This document shows, one piece after another, positions 8,955 through 19,222 of a DNA stretch of 64,000 nucleotides (the first letter of the stretch is position 1; every line of letters starts with the position of its first letter). The translations under genes and the position numbers were made by a program. Below the pieces are notes generated by a model that was given only the letters and a program-made list of their open reading frames with translations, was not told the origin of the DNA and ran no database searches. The stretch lies in the sequence record MG655270.1; one strand, 5' to 3'.

Positions 8955-11330
8955 ATGAATTTAAATGTGGACTATACAATTTACGTGGATAACACCAAGA
9001 AGCTTATCCGCACAATGGTCATTAATTCGGCTCAATCAGCTAATATAATTAACGGCCGTATGGATGGCTTGGGGTACGGTCGTGACATCTACGACAAGAG
9101 TACCTGGAAGTACTACATGAACATGGCCGGGATCTACCATCCGTCCAATGACCGGATGCAGGTGAAGTCACTCGATAACGGTCAGCTCATCGACTTTACC
9201 CGTGAGAACATGGAGATCCATGTCAGCACCAAACGCAGCTACCAGTACGGCACCGACTATTATAAAGCCCTGGTTGCGCAGTACCCGTATCAGATCGCGT
9301 TGATCAAGGGGATCTTAAACCCAATTGATCTCAGTGTCTCAACCACCGCCGATGACTGGCAGATCCTCTATTACGATAAGACGCTGGTAGAAGACGGTGA
9401 AGAGAACCTGATCCCCCGTTTCCAGGAGTGGGTCAATACCCTGATCACCCAGACCTATCTACCGGACTACGTCTACATCACCGAAGATCTGATGCACCAC
9501 TTCTATCTTTCCTTAATTGGTGGTTTTGGTCCTGGTGTGATCATGGGGATTCGGTTAGAGAACATCAAGACCAACCGGGCACACAGTTTCCATATCTGGT
9601 CGCATATTCTGTCGCATGCTGATATTGAGCAGTATCGCCCGTACCTGAACCGCAAACAGATCCTCTATCTGTATCGCAACATTGTGTGGCATACCCGCAA
9701 CCCAGGTGCACAATACTCCTTCCAGAAGATGATCGATGCCTTCTTAACGGAACGCCGCATCCCATTACAGTCGTACAACGCCCAGCACAACACCTCGAGC
9801 ATTCTGACCAAGATTAAACCCGAGGTGGAGTTCAAGCGTGAACTGCTGAACATGCAAGATGCGATCGCCAATGTGAACTATGTGCGTAGTACCCGTGAGA
9901 TCCTGGAAGATGAAGTGCCGCTGGCGAAGAACAACGCCGACGTGTACGAAGACCGGATCGGGGAAGTCATTCAGGATGTCGGGACCAACCGCAACAGTAA
10001 CCTCCCGACCAAAGTGCTGGAATCCAACATGCGGGATCTGTCTGACTCGCTGCCGTTCTCACACTCCCTGACATTACTGAACGAATGGGTGCGGTTGTCC
10101 TCTACGGGCATGTATACCGCGGTGATCACCACTACCAACCCCAATACCGGGCTGACCATGACCATGACGGTAAAGGAAGCGTTTATCCTTTATCTGTACG
10201 GTGTCTGGCAAAGTCACGGAGTTAACTTGGAGACGATCCCAACCTTCCGTGCCAACATGGTAATGAAGATCCCTCGGCCGCAGTTTGCGTTCTTAAAAGC
10301 CCAATACGGCTCGCAGCACGTCACCGACGAGTTCATCAAATACGCCCTGAATCTTTGTCCGGATATCCCGGCGATCATCTCGACAGAAACCTTCTATGCG
10401 AAGACGCTTGAGATTAATGCCGCGACCCAACTGCACCGGGATCTGTACAGCTACCGTAACCATTATCATGCGCGGGCAGAATTCGAAGCCCTGGCCTTTG
10501 GTTTCTACCAGGATCAGGATTGCGACATCAACTCCGGCATGACCTATAAGGAGTTCTTCAAACAGAAGGGGTGGGACTTCACTGACTTACCGCCGGAAGA
10601 GTGGGTGGTGTTCGCCAACAAGGTCTCCTCGATTGCCACCGGGTTGGATACGGCTAACCAGCAGAAGCTCGCGGATATTCAGCAAGCCATGTTGGGCCTG
10701 ACCATGCAGCTGTCCAGTTACACCATTCAAGTGATCAGGAAGATCAATGAAGAAGCGGTGGTGATGCTTGACTGGCCAACCTTGCGCGGGGGCGACATGC
10801 ACATGAAGGTCTATCAGCAGTGGCACTTGGTGGATAACCCTGTGCGACCGATCGATACCCACATGCGTGAGAAGAAGACTTACAACCTGATCCACGATTT
10901 CCCGAAAGGCCATAACTCGGTAGAGCGCAGCTGGCGCTTCTATATCGACACCGCACGGCAGTTAAGTAGTCAGGGGATCAACTCCCGTTACAACTATTTA
11001 AACGGCGCACGTATGCGGCTGTGGACGGCTGACGATGCGGCGGGTACCGAGAACGAGTTTGACCAGCAGATGGCCGTGAAAGATCTGCAAGGTCTCTGGA
11101 TTGACCCGTACGGCGATGCCCGTCCGCCGGCTGACTTCAGTGCAGAAGTGTTGAACGGATTGTGGACTGATCCGTTACCCGGGATTGCACCAATCGTTAG
11201 TAGCTTGGGTGGGTTGTGGATCGATGGTCCAAAGAGCAGTGGTTTTGATGAGGATCTCAACGGACTGCATGCTGAAGTACCTGCGGCATTACAAGCCTTA
11301 CGCAATACCCCGGGTGATAGCGCCACGTAA
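8955..11330 (+). CDS. large virion structural protein, probably baseplate (phiKZ gp128-like)
   Basis: About 790 aa, GGAG RBS, divergent from the portal, heads the structural cluster. Confidence 0.6.
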   Translation: MNLNVDYTIYVDNTKKLIRTMVINSAQSANIINGRMDGLGYGRDIYDKSTWKYYMNMAGIYHPSNDRMQVKSLDNGQLIDFTRENMEIHVSTKRSYQYGTDYYKALVAQYPYQIALIKGILNPIDLSVSTTADDWQILYYDKTLVEDGEENLIPRFQEWVNTLITQTYLPDYVYITEDLMHHFYLSLIGGFGPGVIMGIRLENIKTNRAHSFHIWSHILSHADIEQYRPYLNRKQILYLYRNIVWHTRNPGAQYSFQKMIDAFLTERRIPLQSYNAQHNTSSILTKIKPEVEFKRELLNMQDAIANVNYVRSTREILEDEVPLAKNNADVYEDRIGEVIQDVGTNRNSNLPTKVLESNMRDLSDSLPFSHSLTLLNEWVRLSSTGMYTAVITTTNPNTGLTMTMTVKEAFILYLYGVWQSHGVNLETIPTFRANMVMKIPRPQFAFLKAQYGSQHVTDEFIKYALNLCPDIPAIISTETFYAKTLEINAATQLHRDLYSYRNHYHARAEFEALAFGFYQDQDCDINSGMTYKEFFKQKGWDFTDLPPEEWVVFANKVSSIATGLDTANQQKLADIQQAMLGLTMQLSSYTIQVIRKINEEAVVMLDWPTLRGGDMHMKVYQQWHLVDNPVRPIDTHMREKKTYNLIHDFPKGHNSVERSWRFYIDTARQLSSQGINSRYNYLNGARMRLWTADDAAGTENEFDQQMAVKDLQGLWIDPYGDARPPADFSAEVLNGLWTDPLPGIAPIVSSLGGLWIDGPKSSGFDEDLNGLHAEVPAALQALRNTPGDSAT

Positions 11331-11363
11331 CCGGCATAATGAGGGGTCGTCACTGACCCCTCA
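11331..11363 (-). terminator. hairpin plus TTATGCCG element on the minus strand
   Basis: CCGGCATAA then TGAGGGGTC/GACCCCTCA. Confidence 0.65.
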
Positions 11364-11409
11364 AAAGTAATCCTATGTTTACACCACCTCTACGCCTAAG
11401 GAGAACCAC

Positions 11410-12285
11410 GTGCCTGCTAATCAGCCGATTCACGGTGAGGGTGACTATGTCGTAGACGTCGCATTGAGCTCTGCTGAGTTAGTGTATGGTTTGATTAACC
11501 ATGACAACAACACAGACTACACCTCATTGACGTTACGGTTAGGAACCCCGACTGTAAATACCAATGCACAGCACGATCGTAATACCCGTATCTTTGCCCA
11601 AACTCGTCCAGGCGCGCCGAAGCAGGGGTCAACGTATTTCTATTATGATCGTATTTCGCTGGCCTACTATCTGCAAAACTACCCTGACCTGGAAGTCGAC
11701 ATCACCGATGACATGCTCACCATGCGTGATCTGATTCCGTGGATGAACCAGACCTTTGGATTAGGGTTGGTTGCTGAAGATGTCCGGGCCGATTTAATTG
11801 ACCGTAGCCCGAACGCTGAAAACCGCTTTGCGATGTCAGCTGCCTCCCTGGCCTGGCAGGATTCGATCGTCTTAAAGATCAACATCCCACCGGTGGATAT
11901 TGCCACCTTGACCGGTGACTCGGTCTTTGATGCCATCGAAGTGGTGTCAGAACACCCACGCACTTACGGTCAGCTGTATGGCTACCAGGTTGACACCGCT
12001 GGTATGGCGGCGTTACTGACCGGTCTGCCAATTGGTAAGCTGAGTAATCTCAATGGTGAGAACCTCACGCAAGCATTGTCCACTGCTACTTCTGACTATT
12101 GGGCTTTCGATGCAACTCCAGTCGTCCGTAACCTCTATGGCGCTACTGTGCGCTTTAATGGTCGCAGTACTGACCAGGCCGTGTACCCCACTAAACCAGA
12201 CAACGCGTACATGGTAATCGTGGATATTGTTGAGAGTGAATGCCTGGAGTTCGAAGGCCCGTTGGTTCTCTACTACACCCGTTAA
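11410..12285 (+). CDS. virion structural protein, paralog family A
   Basis: AAGGAG RBS plus GTG; YFYYDRISL motif resembles 12301 and 14031. Confidence 0.6.
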   Translation: MPANQPIHGEGDYVVDVALSSAELVYGLINHDNNTDYTSLTLRLGTPTVNTNAQHDRNTRIFAQTRPGAPKQGSTYFYYDRISLAYYLQNYPDLEVDITDDMLTMRDLIPWMNQTFGLGLVAEDVRADLIDRSPNAENRFAMSAASLAWQDSIVLKINIPPVDIATLTGDSVFDAIEVVSEHPRTYGQLYGYQVDTAGMAALLTGLPIGKLSNLNGENLTQALSTATSDYWAFDATPVVRNLYGATVRFNGRSTDQAVYPTKPDNAYMVIVDIVESECLEFEGPLVLYYTR

Positions 12286-12300
12286 CCGAGGAATCGCATT

Positions 12301-13119
12301 ATGTTACAACGCATTCTGCAAAAGACGGCTAACGAGATTATCGTTGAACCGTTTAACCTGGCTTTTAACACCAACTTAAAAGCTGCCAATTTTGAGCTGA
12401 AGGATGTCGGTCCTACAACCGGTGGAAAAGATACCCAGGCCACCTTGTCAGTGATCGACACCACCTCCGGGTATAAAGGTGAGCGTCCGTTCACGTATAA
12501 CCGTCTGGATGCCACAGAACTCTTTTACGGTGTGCCGAAGTTCTTCCCAATGGGCTCGGCTGACATTGATGAATACTCTGTCGTTGGGATGCTGGCCTTA
12601 CGTTATGGTCTGAAGCTTGACATCAACCATATCGCTAACGTCGCCATCACTGCCGGTAAAGCCGTGGTAACGTTTGCAGATTCATCACCGATCATCAAAG
12701 GCAGCGTGCAGTTTGACTTCTACGATGAAGCCATCGATTTGGAAGAACTGATTGCTGATCCAGAAATCGGCGTGCTGGAGATGCCAGAGCGTACTGAGAA
12801 GCCGAACGTGACGTATTACAGTTACGCGCACGACATGACGTACTGTAAAGCGTTTGTTCCGGGTATGGCGGTGGGTTCACTGGCAACACAGGAACTGGCT
12901 GACGCAGTAGCGAACATCACCGGTGATCCGTGGGTGCTGGCAGACGACACTACCACTGAATACAACCTGGCCGGTGCTGAGCTTGTCTACAACGGTAACA
13001 CCACCACTGCGAATGCCCAGGGCTATCCCGTCAATGACGAATACGCCATGGTGGCTTTGTTTAAATTAACAGATTCATGTAATAATTTTAGTGGTCTGCT
13101 AATGGTTAACATGAACTAA
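12301..13119 (+). CDS. virion structural protein, paralog family A
   Basis: PFTYNRLDA ... LALRYGLKL motif shared with neighbours. Confidence 0.6.
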   Translation: MLQRILQKTANEIIVEPFNLAFNTNLKAANFELKDVGPTTGGKDTQATLSVIDTTSGYKGERPFTYNRLDATELFYGVPKFFPMGSADIDEYSVVGMLALRYGLKLDINHIANVAITAGKAVVTFADSSPIIKGSVQFDFYDEAIDLEELIADPEIGVLEMPERTEKPNVTYYSYAHDMTYCKAFVPGMAVGSLATQELADAVANITGDPWVLADDTTTEYNLAGAELVYNGNTTTANAQGYPVNDEYAMVALFKLTDSCNNFSGLLMVNMN

Positions 13120-13139
13120 TCTGTTGAAAAGGAACAATA

Positions 13140-14015
13140 ATGAAACGTAATGTCAGATCGCATGCAGGGAACATGTTGCAGGTCGCCCAGATGTTGGGTA
13201 TTGCACATGTGGTTCAGGAGCACACCACGCTGAATGAAAAGTTCAATGTGCTGCCTGATCAGATCCCGCAGACCGGTCGCCCTAACATGCAGTACTTCTG
13301 CATTGGCTTTGGCGGACACAAAGGTATTCTCGGTAAGAACAATACCTTCCTGTCCACATCGATCGACCACTACCCGGATCATGCGGCGCTCTATAAACAC
13401 ATCCCGTTTGTGTTGCGTGAGATCGGTAATGACCTCACTGCAGATCAGCGCGCGAAGTATCGTCTGCGCAGCATCATCACGCTGGATGACGGCAGTCGCT
13501 ATATCGCCTACTACCTGAAGAAGATCGAACTCAGTAATGTGGTGGTGCGTTCTCAAAAGAACACACGCGATGAAGCCGGTTTAATCACCACCTCTGACTA
13601 TGTGCCGGATGCCTCGGTACTGAACCCACAACAACCTGAACTCAACACCAACAACATCGACCAGGTAGTCACCTCCACGACCTTCTTGTCAGCCAACGCT
13701 GAACTGGATCTGTCGCTGAATGAGCTTGACTGTTCAGAGCTGCTCGATGTCGCCCGCATCCTTTATAAAGATGAAGCGTATGCCCTGGTGTCGGAGTACG
13801 GTCTGGTGGCAGGTATCGATGTCCCTGCTCAGGGTTCAACCGGTGCTGGCGGAACCATTCAGTATACTGAAGTGGTGGCGGCACAGATCGTGGACTTCAT
13901 GACCAACCGTGGCTCAGGTGCGGATGATGACGATAAAGGCATCACCTGTCTGGTCAACTACGGCGCTACTGAGCCGCTGTTAGCTGACAGTGGTGCAAAC
14001 GCAACAACCGTCTAA
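13140..14015 (+). CDS. conserved virion structural protein (tail/baseplate)
   Basis: TTLNEKF...YFCIGFGGH motif typical of phiKZ-like structural proteins; context. Confidence 0.55.
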   Translation: MKRNVRSHAGNMLQVAQMLGIAHVVQEHTTLNEKFNVLPDQIPQTGRPNMQYFCIGFGGHKGILGKNNTFLSTSIDHYPDHAALYKHIPFVLREIGNDLTADQRAKYRLRSIITLDDGSRYIAYYLKKIELSNVVVRSQKNTRDEAGLITTSDYVPDASVLNPQQPELNTNNIDQVVTSTTFLSANAELDLSLNELDCSELLDVARILYKDEAYALVSEYGLVAGIDVPAQGSTGAGGTIQYTEVVAAQIVDFMTNRGSGADDDDKGITCLVNYGATEPLLADSGANATTV

Positions 14016-14030
14016 TGACACGGGGGTGAC

Positions 14031-14900
14031 ATGAACATTCTGGGTAAAGATCCACAACAGTTGATCAAAGAACTCGCTGCCGGTCACAACAATGTCACGT
14101 TGGTACCAGGGGCGACGAAAGTGGTTAACTTTCAAAACCTGGCTGGTACGGTTGGTATTGACGCACAGGCGGATATTGTCCCGGCTGACCCGACCGTCTA
14201 TTACCGTAAGAAGACCATCCAGTTTGGCAAGATCGATCTGTCCAAGCATTGGTTGAATCAGCGTCTGACGATCCCACTGCAGGCGAACTCAACCAGCCAC
14301 AGCATCTTACCGCAACTGATCAAACGTTATGGTCTGAAACTGTCCACCGACGATTTGGTGTTGACCACGGTAGACACCAGTAAAGATATCTGGGAATTAC
14401 CGATTCGGGTGAAAGCCACCTCGTGGGTCTTTAAGAACACGCTGGACAACATCATCGTCTACGCCACCGATGTCAGCACCGATCTGCAGTATGTGATCAA
14501 ACGCCCATCGTTGACTGGGCTGGCGTATCCTTCTGCCGATACCACCAAGATGCAAGGCCCGCTGTTAAGCTACGGTATGCATTACAGTGTGCATACCGGA
14601 CAGAACGAAGCCCTCCGCAATGCGAAGGTCGGTTACAAGATGATTGTAGCCTCTGACGATGACTGGGCGATTGCGGATCTGCTGTCGGACTATACGGGTC
14701 TGGCATGGTCGTTTAAACAGACTGGACCAAGCCTGTACAATGCCGAAGTGGTGTATAATGGCGTTGCAACGAATGTACCGATCACCTATTCCCATCTTGA
14801 TCGCAATAGCGCCACGAACTTCTTAATTTTGAAGCTCAGTGGTGTTGGTGATGTGGGTGGGTATGTGGCTATTGGTTACACGATCGAAGTTGATCCGTAG
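14031..14900 (+). CDS. virion structural protein, paralog family A
   Basis: TIQFGKIDL ... LIKRYGLKL motif shared with 12301. Confidence 0.6.
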   Translation: MNILGKDPQQLIKELAAGHNNVTLVPGATKVVNFQNLAGTVGIDAQADIVPADPTVYYRKKTIQFGKIDLSKHWLNQRLTIPLQANSTSHSILPQLIKRYGLKLSTDDLVLTTVDTSKDIWELPIRVKATSWVFKNTLDNIIVYATDVSTDLQYVIKRPSLTGLAYPSADTTKMQGPLLSYGMHYSVHTGQNEALRNAKVGYKMIVASDDDWAIADLLSDYTGLAWSFKQTGPSLYNAEVVYNGVATNVPITYSHLDRNSATNFLILKLSGVGDVGGYVAIGYTIEVDP

Positions 14901-14910
14901 CAGTGTATAA

Positions 14911-15555
14911 ATGAAGGGTGGGGCTTCGGCTCTGCCCTTAGGGAGTCTTATGATGGTGTTGCAAGATGGACGCCCGGTGGAAGAGTTACTGCAGGTCTCC
15001 ATTGACCCCGGAACTGATACCGTCGGTGTTACGTTATTGGGATTGCATCCGATCACCCTTGAGATGACCTGGAAGGAATCCTTTACGTTGTATGGATCAT
15101 TGCTTAATTACCGCTCAGAGCTCGTGTTCCAGGAAGACCGGAATCGTGATGCACGTTTAAAGGGCCTCACTGATGCCCTGCTGCGTTATCTCTGTACGGT
15201 ACGGCCTCACGTAGTGGTGTTTGAAGATAACTTCTTACGTCACTCCCCACAGGCCTTTAAAGCACTGATCGAATCGGTGGAAGCCATTAAGCGTGCAGTC
15301 TGGGGGTATAACCCATACTTACCGTTCTATGAGATCTCTCCGATGCAGGCGAAAGGTGCCGTGAATGCGATTGCTCCTCGCGGACAAAAACATGATAAGG
15401 AGCTAGTGCGTAAGGGACTGATGAACTATCCACGTTTACAAATCCCTCATGCTATTTTGCAGACACTCTCTGAGCACGCAGTTGACTCCGTCGCCATCGG
15501 TATCTACGGCCTGGAACAATTGTCGCTCGCATTGAGTGCTGCTCATTGGAGATAA
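14911..15555 (+). CDS. ruvC: RuvC-like Holliday junction resolvase
   Basis: RNase H-fold acidic motifs SIDPGT, VVFEDNF, HAVDSVAIG. Confidence 0.8.
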   Translation: MKGGASALPLGSLMMVLQDGRPVEELLQVSIDPGTDTVGVTLLGLHPITLEMTWKESFTLYGSLLNYRSELVFQEDRNRDARLKGLTDALLRYLCTVRPHVVVFEDNFLRHSPQAFKALIESVEAIKRAVWGYNPYLPFYEISPMQAKGAVNAIAPRGQKHDKELVRKGLMNYPRLQIPHAILQTLSEHAVDSVAIGIYGLEQLSLALSAAHWR

Positions 15556-15556
15556 A

Positions 15557-16066
15557 ATGACTACGCAGGCTACTGAAGAAGAGAAGGTGGAAGTGCCGGC
15601 CTCGAGTCTGGTTGAGCCAGTGATCGAGTCGGTACACCCGCCGGTTGTCCGGGCAATGAACTTTGCCGGGGTACTGGCTGTCCTCACCACCTGTTTGTGT
15701 GCCATTGCTTTCTTTGCCAACATGTCAATCCATGTCTGGCGAAACGGGTCATGGCCGCCGAACGTCGGGGCAGTGATCGTGGCAGTGGTATTGATCGGCC
15801 CTGTCTTAACCGCCTGGCAGTTCATGGGTGTGCGCAAAATCCTAACCTCATTACTTTCAAACGAGAATGGCCTGGGGTTAGGCGGAATTGCGAAAGAGGT
15901 CGTGGCCCGTCGTATGGGGTTTCAATACCAACCGACCCAGCCAATGACCAGCCAGCAGGTGCAGCAGAACTATCCGCCGCATCAACCGCCGGTGGAATAC
16001 CCCACGCCACCCGAGGGCTATGCACAGAATGTCCCGCCCGTACCACCAGGTGAGAATGCACGATGA
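15557..16066 (+). CDS. membrane protein, holin candidate
   Basis: Two hydrophobic helices plus P/Q-rich C-terminal tail; convergent with the spanin pair. Confidence 0.45.
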   Translation: MTTQATEEEKVEVPASSLVEPVIESVHPPVVRAMNFAGVLAVLTTCLCAIAFFANMSIHVWRNGSWPPNVGAVIVAVVLIGPVLTAWQFMGVRKILTSLLSNENGLGLGGIAKEVVARRMGFQYQPTQPMTSQQVQQNYPPHQPPVEYPTPPEGYAQNVPPVPPGENAR

Positions 16067-16087
16067 ATAGCACCGAACTGATTTAAT

Positions 16088-16140
16088 CAGCATAAAGACA
16101 GAGAGCTTCCTTGCGGAGGCCCTCTGTCTTGTTTATGCCG
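16088..16140. terminator. bidirectional hairpin element between convergent genes
   Basis: CAGCATAA-AGACAGAG...CTCTGTCT..TTATGCCG. Confidence 0.75.
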
Positions 16141-16147
16141 GTTAAGG

Positions 16148-16651
16148 TTATTTCGTCGATCCGGTAGGGGGATTGACTTTCAGGTTGTTCAACTGTTTTA
16201 TTGCAGTGAGCAGACCGGTGGTGTATTCCTGGAGTTTGGTCAGACGACGAGCAGTGTCATCCGCTTCTGCCCCAATGTTGATCAAGAACTGACTGTCTTC
16301 AGGTGGAAAGTACAGGTACTCATCATCTTCGAGCACACTGGTGACTTTATAGTTTACATCAGGCAAAGGTGCAATCGCTGCCGTTGAGGTAGCTGGAGCA
16401 CCCGCTGGAACACCTACAGTTGCAGGCATGACAGCATCACTCGTACTACCAAAGCGGTCAATGATTCGCTTTTGCACCGTCGGAGCCGCGGGTCGCATCA
16501 GGGGAGCTGGCGGCTCCTGGACTTGCAATACCGTTTGCTCCAGCAACGTTCCGGTAAGGGATGGTGACGGGGGCGCTTGGTTTCTTGATCCGCAACCGGA
16601 AAGAACCATCACTAACAGCCCCAAGCAAGTTCCCAGTAGTAGCTTGCGCAT
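16148..16651 (-). CDS. o-spanin (Rz1-like outer-membrane lipoprotein)
   Basis: Signal peptide with lipobox LSG-C, Pro-rich linker, starts inside the upstream gene in another frame. Confidence 0.8.
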   Translation of the reverse strand: MRKLLLGTCLGLLVMVLSGCGSRNQAPPSPSLTGTLLEQTVLQVQEPPAPLMRPAAPTVQKRIIDRFGSTSDAVMPATVGVPAGAPATSTAAIAPLPDVNYKVTSVLEDDEYLYFPPEDSQFLINIGAEADDTARRLTKLQEYTTGLLTAIKQLNNLKVNPPTGSTK

Positions 16652-16922
16652 CCTGTGACTCCTTATCATATTCAGAACTGATTCGTTGAGTCAGCGCCAT
16701 CTGTTGTTGCTGGATGTCTCTCGTCTGCTCCCCGAGGACCTTTAGTTGATTAACAGATTCGCCTATCGATTCAATCTGTTTCGACATTTGTTTCTGTTGT
16801 TCACCAAGCGTGGCAACCGACGTCGCTGTTGACCACAGAAAATAGACAACGAAGCCTACCACTGCGATGACAAGTACGACTTTGAAGTTTTTAAGAAATA
16901 GTTCTTTCAGCAGAATCCACAT
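16458..16922 (-). CDS. i-spanin (Rz-like)
   Basis: Single N-terminal TM helix followed by a coiled coil; overlaps the lipoprotein gene. Confidence 0.8.
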   Translation of the reverse strand: MWILLKELFLKNFKVVLVIAVVGFVVYFLWSTATSVATLGEQQKQMSKQIESIGESVNQLKVLGEQTRDIQQQQMALTQRISSEYDKESQDAQATTGNLLGAVSDGSFRLRIKKPSAPVTIPYRNVAGANGIASPGAASSPDATRGSDGAKANH

Positions 16923-16931
16923 AAGTCGACC

Positions 16932-18161
16932 TTAATAGGTAGAGATCTTCAACCACCAGGCTTTGGCAAAGACCCAGGGTTTGGGCATCAGCCCATAGTC
17001 TGTGACAATGTCCTCGTTACGGTACTGGATGGTTGTGTTAAGGGCGAATCGCCGACGATGGTGTAAGGTAAGTAACCGAGAGCGTCCCTCGCCCGGGCGT
17101 AGCAAAGGCTCCGCCATCACCCCGTTGTTCAGCTGAATGGGGATACGAGTGTTATCGGGCACGGTGAACATACCAGGCCATTTATGTGTCTCCAGGGGAA
17201 TCTGCTCCACTTCTAAGAGCGGATTGTCAAACACCACCCAAAAACTGGTAGATAAGAGCAGCCAGGCTTTATAGAAGTCATCCTTCTGGTAATCACCCTT
17301 GCTCATGATCCGAGGCGAGTCAGGATTGATATTGGCCGGAATGCTAGATAGGTCTATGAATTCGCGGTCATAGAAATAGCGATCAACCCAGTCAATATAC
17401 ACCGTTGACAAACTGACCAGGCCTTCTCCGAGGATAGAGATGACTTCATCCTGCCAATAGAAGATCCCACCGATCACAATCCCGACGGATTTACCCTGGG
17501 TGCTAAACGGTGGCGACATCAGGATCTTCTGCCGATAAGGGTTCAGTTCATCTGAAGGCTGGAGCTGGTCCGCGGTGATGGAGTGACACTTCAGGGTGCT
17601 GACATTATGAAAGCTCAATACGCCTGATTTCACATCGTTGCTGACTTTGGCATTTTTACACGCATCTAACAGATAGATGCCGTCATCGGATAGCGAGCTG
17701 CGGTGCAGGTAGCCGTTCACGGTAAACAATGCACAGTTAAATAATGTCGGGTAGTCCACTCCTTCTTTCATTAAGATGACATCATTAGCGTCCGCATAGC
17801 TAAAGTCACGTTTCAGGGATGAGGTGATGTTGGTTGGTTTTTGGGTAAACCACCATTCATTGAGATTGTTAAATAGCGCAGACTTCTTGGTGAGATTAGG
17901 TAGCGTCGTTGAGGTGGTCAACGCCCGGTTACCGAGCGAGGCTAACCACTGCACCAACGTACCGTTGAAAGCACTCACTTCATTATAATAATCCTGCAGA
18001 ACCAGGCAGACGTTCTTCTTTAGAAAGGGTGACGATAATATGACCCGGTTTTCAGAATAGGTCTGCAACACCGTTTTGAGCTGCATGGATGAAATATCGT
18101 CAGCAACTAACTTCGGGCGCTTGCCCACGGTTTTGGAAATACAGGCAACGTAGTTATACAT
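16932..18161 (-). CDS. probable virion structural protein
   Basis: 409 aa ORF in the structural block; phiKZ-like context only. Confidence 0.5.
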   Translation of the reverse strand: MYNYVACISKTVGKRPKLVADDISSMQLKTVLQTYSENRVILSSPFLKKNVCLVLQDYYNEVSAFNGTLVQWLASLGNRALTTSTTLPNLTKKSALFNNLNEWWFTQKPTNITSSLKRDFSYADANDVILMKEGVDYPTLFNCALFTVNGYLHRSSLSDDGIYLLDACKNAKVSNDVKSGVLSFHNVSTLKCHSITADQLQPSDELNPYRQKILMSPPFSTQGKSVGIVIGGIFYWQDEVISILGEGLVSLSTVYIDWVDRYFYDREFIDLSSIPANINPDSPRIMSKGDYQKDDFYKAWLLLSTSFWVVFDNPLLEVEQIPLETHKWPGMFTVPDNTRIPIQLNNGVMAEPLLRPGEGRSRLLTLHHRRRFALNTTIQYRNEDIVTDYGLMPKPWVFAKAWWLKISTY

Positions 18162-18246
18162 GCGCTCCGCCCTTAGTTTGAAAAATCAATCATATGTGCT
18201 CGTTACTTAAACATACCTAAGCTATAAAATTACTTTGGAGACCGAC

Positions 18247-19221
18247 ATGGCTCAGCAGATCAGCGTGAACGACGTAGTTTATCCGTTCAACCCCCTTAAT
18301 ACCGTGGCCGGTGCCAAAGGCATTGTGGAGTCCCATACACTTACGCCAGCCAACGGTGTGAACTATGTGACTTTCGTTCCACGCGCAGCCCCTTTCTTTC
18401 GCCGCACCTTAGTACTCAAGAACAAAGCCAACAACCAGGTGTTAGTCGAAGGCCAGCATTATACCCTGGCGTATTTCTTTGCCCCATTCACCCAGCTGGT
18501 CTATAAAGGTGTCTACGGCGGTATTACAGTCAATGAACTGGATGCACCGATTGAAGTCGAAGTGACCTATGATACCATCGGCGGGGATTTTGTTCTGGAC
18601 AGCACTGGTTATGCACAGCTGGCTGCTAACCTGGTAAACAACCCGCGTGAACTGGACTGGACACAGATCGCTGATACCCCAGATACGTACCCGCCGATCG
18701 ACCACACCCACCCGGCCGACCAAACGCTGAACTACATGGATTACGTTGAGCAACTGCAGGCCATGCAGGCACTGGTCACCAGCGCCATCGGTGGGTATGT
18801 GGCCTCCCTCAACACCCACATCGACACCCAAGGTAATGCCCATGGCATGAAGCCGATTGATATCGGACTGGGTAATGTGATGAACTGGGCACCGGCGACC
18901 ACTGAAGATATCCCGGGGGGCGGGACGACGCTGTATGCTTCACTGGCGATTGTGAAACAAGCCTTCCAGTACATGTACGGTGGCTTAACCACCCCGGCGT
19001 TGAAGAGTGCGATTCTCAATGACTACCTGTCAGCAGAATCTGTAGTCCGTACCTTAACGGTGCTGAATGAAGGCGCGTTACTGAACACCGATGAAGTGGC
19101 GAACTTTGGTTTGTGGAAAACCTATCGGGCACAGATGTTGATCAAAGCATCAACCGGCAATACCACCGTGCTCACTCCGCCAGCGGTAAACGGAGCGTTC
19201 TCACGACTGTTAGGAGTCTAA
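18247..19221 (+). CDS. tail/baseplate protein, paralog family B
   Basis: N-terminal YPFNP...PFF...L domain and HID..GNAHG motif shared with 19223 and 20539. Confidence 0.6.
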   Translation: MAQQISVNDVVYPFNPLNTVAGAKGIVESHTLTPANGVNYVTFVPRAAPFFRRTLVLKNKANNQVLVEGQHYTLAYFFAPFTQLVYKGVYGGITVNELDAPIEVEVTYDTIGGDFVLDSTGYAQLAANLVNNPRELDWTQIADTPDTYPPIDHTHPADQTLNYMDYVEQLQAMQALVTSAIGGYVASLNTHIDTQGNAHGMKPIDIGLGNVMNWAPATTEDIPGGGTTLYASLAIVKQAFQYMYGGLTTPALKSAILNDYLSAESVVRTLTVLNEGALLNTDEVANFGLWKTYRAQMLIKASTGNTTVLTPPAVNGAFSRLLGV

Positions 19222-19222
19222 C

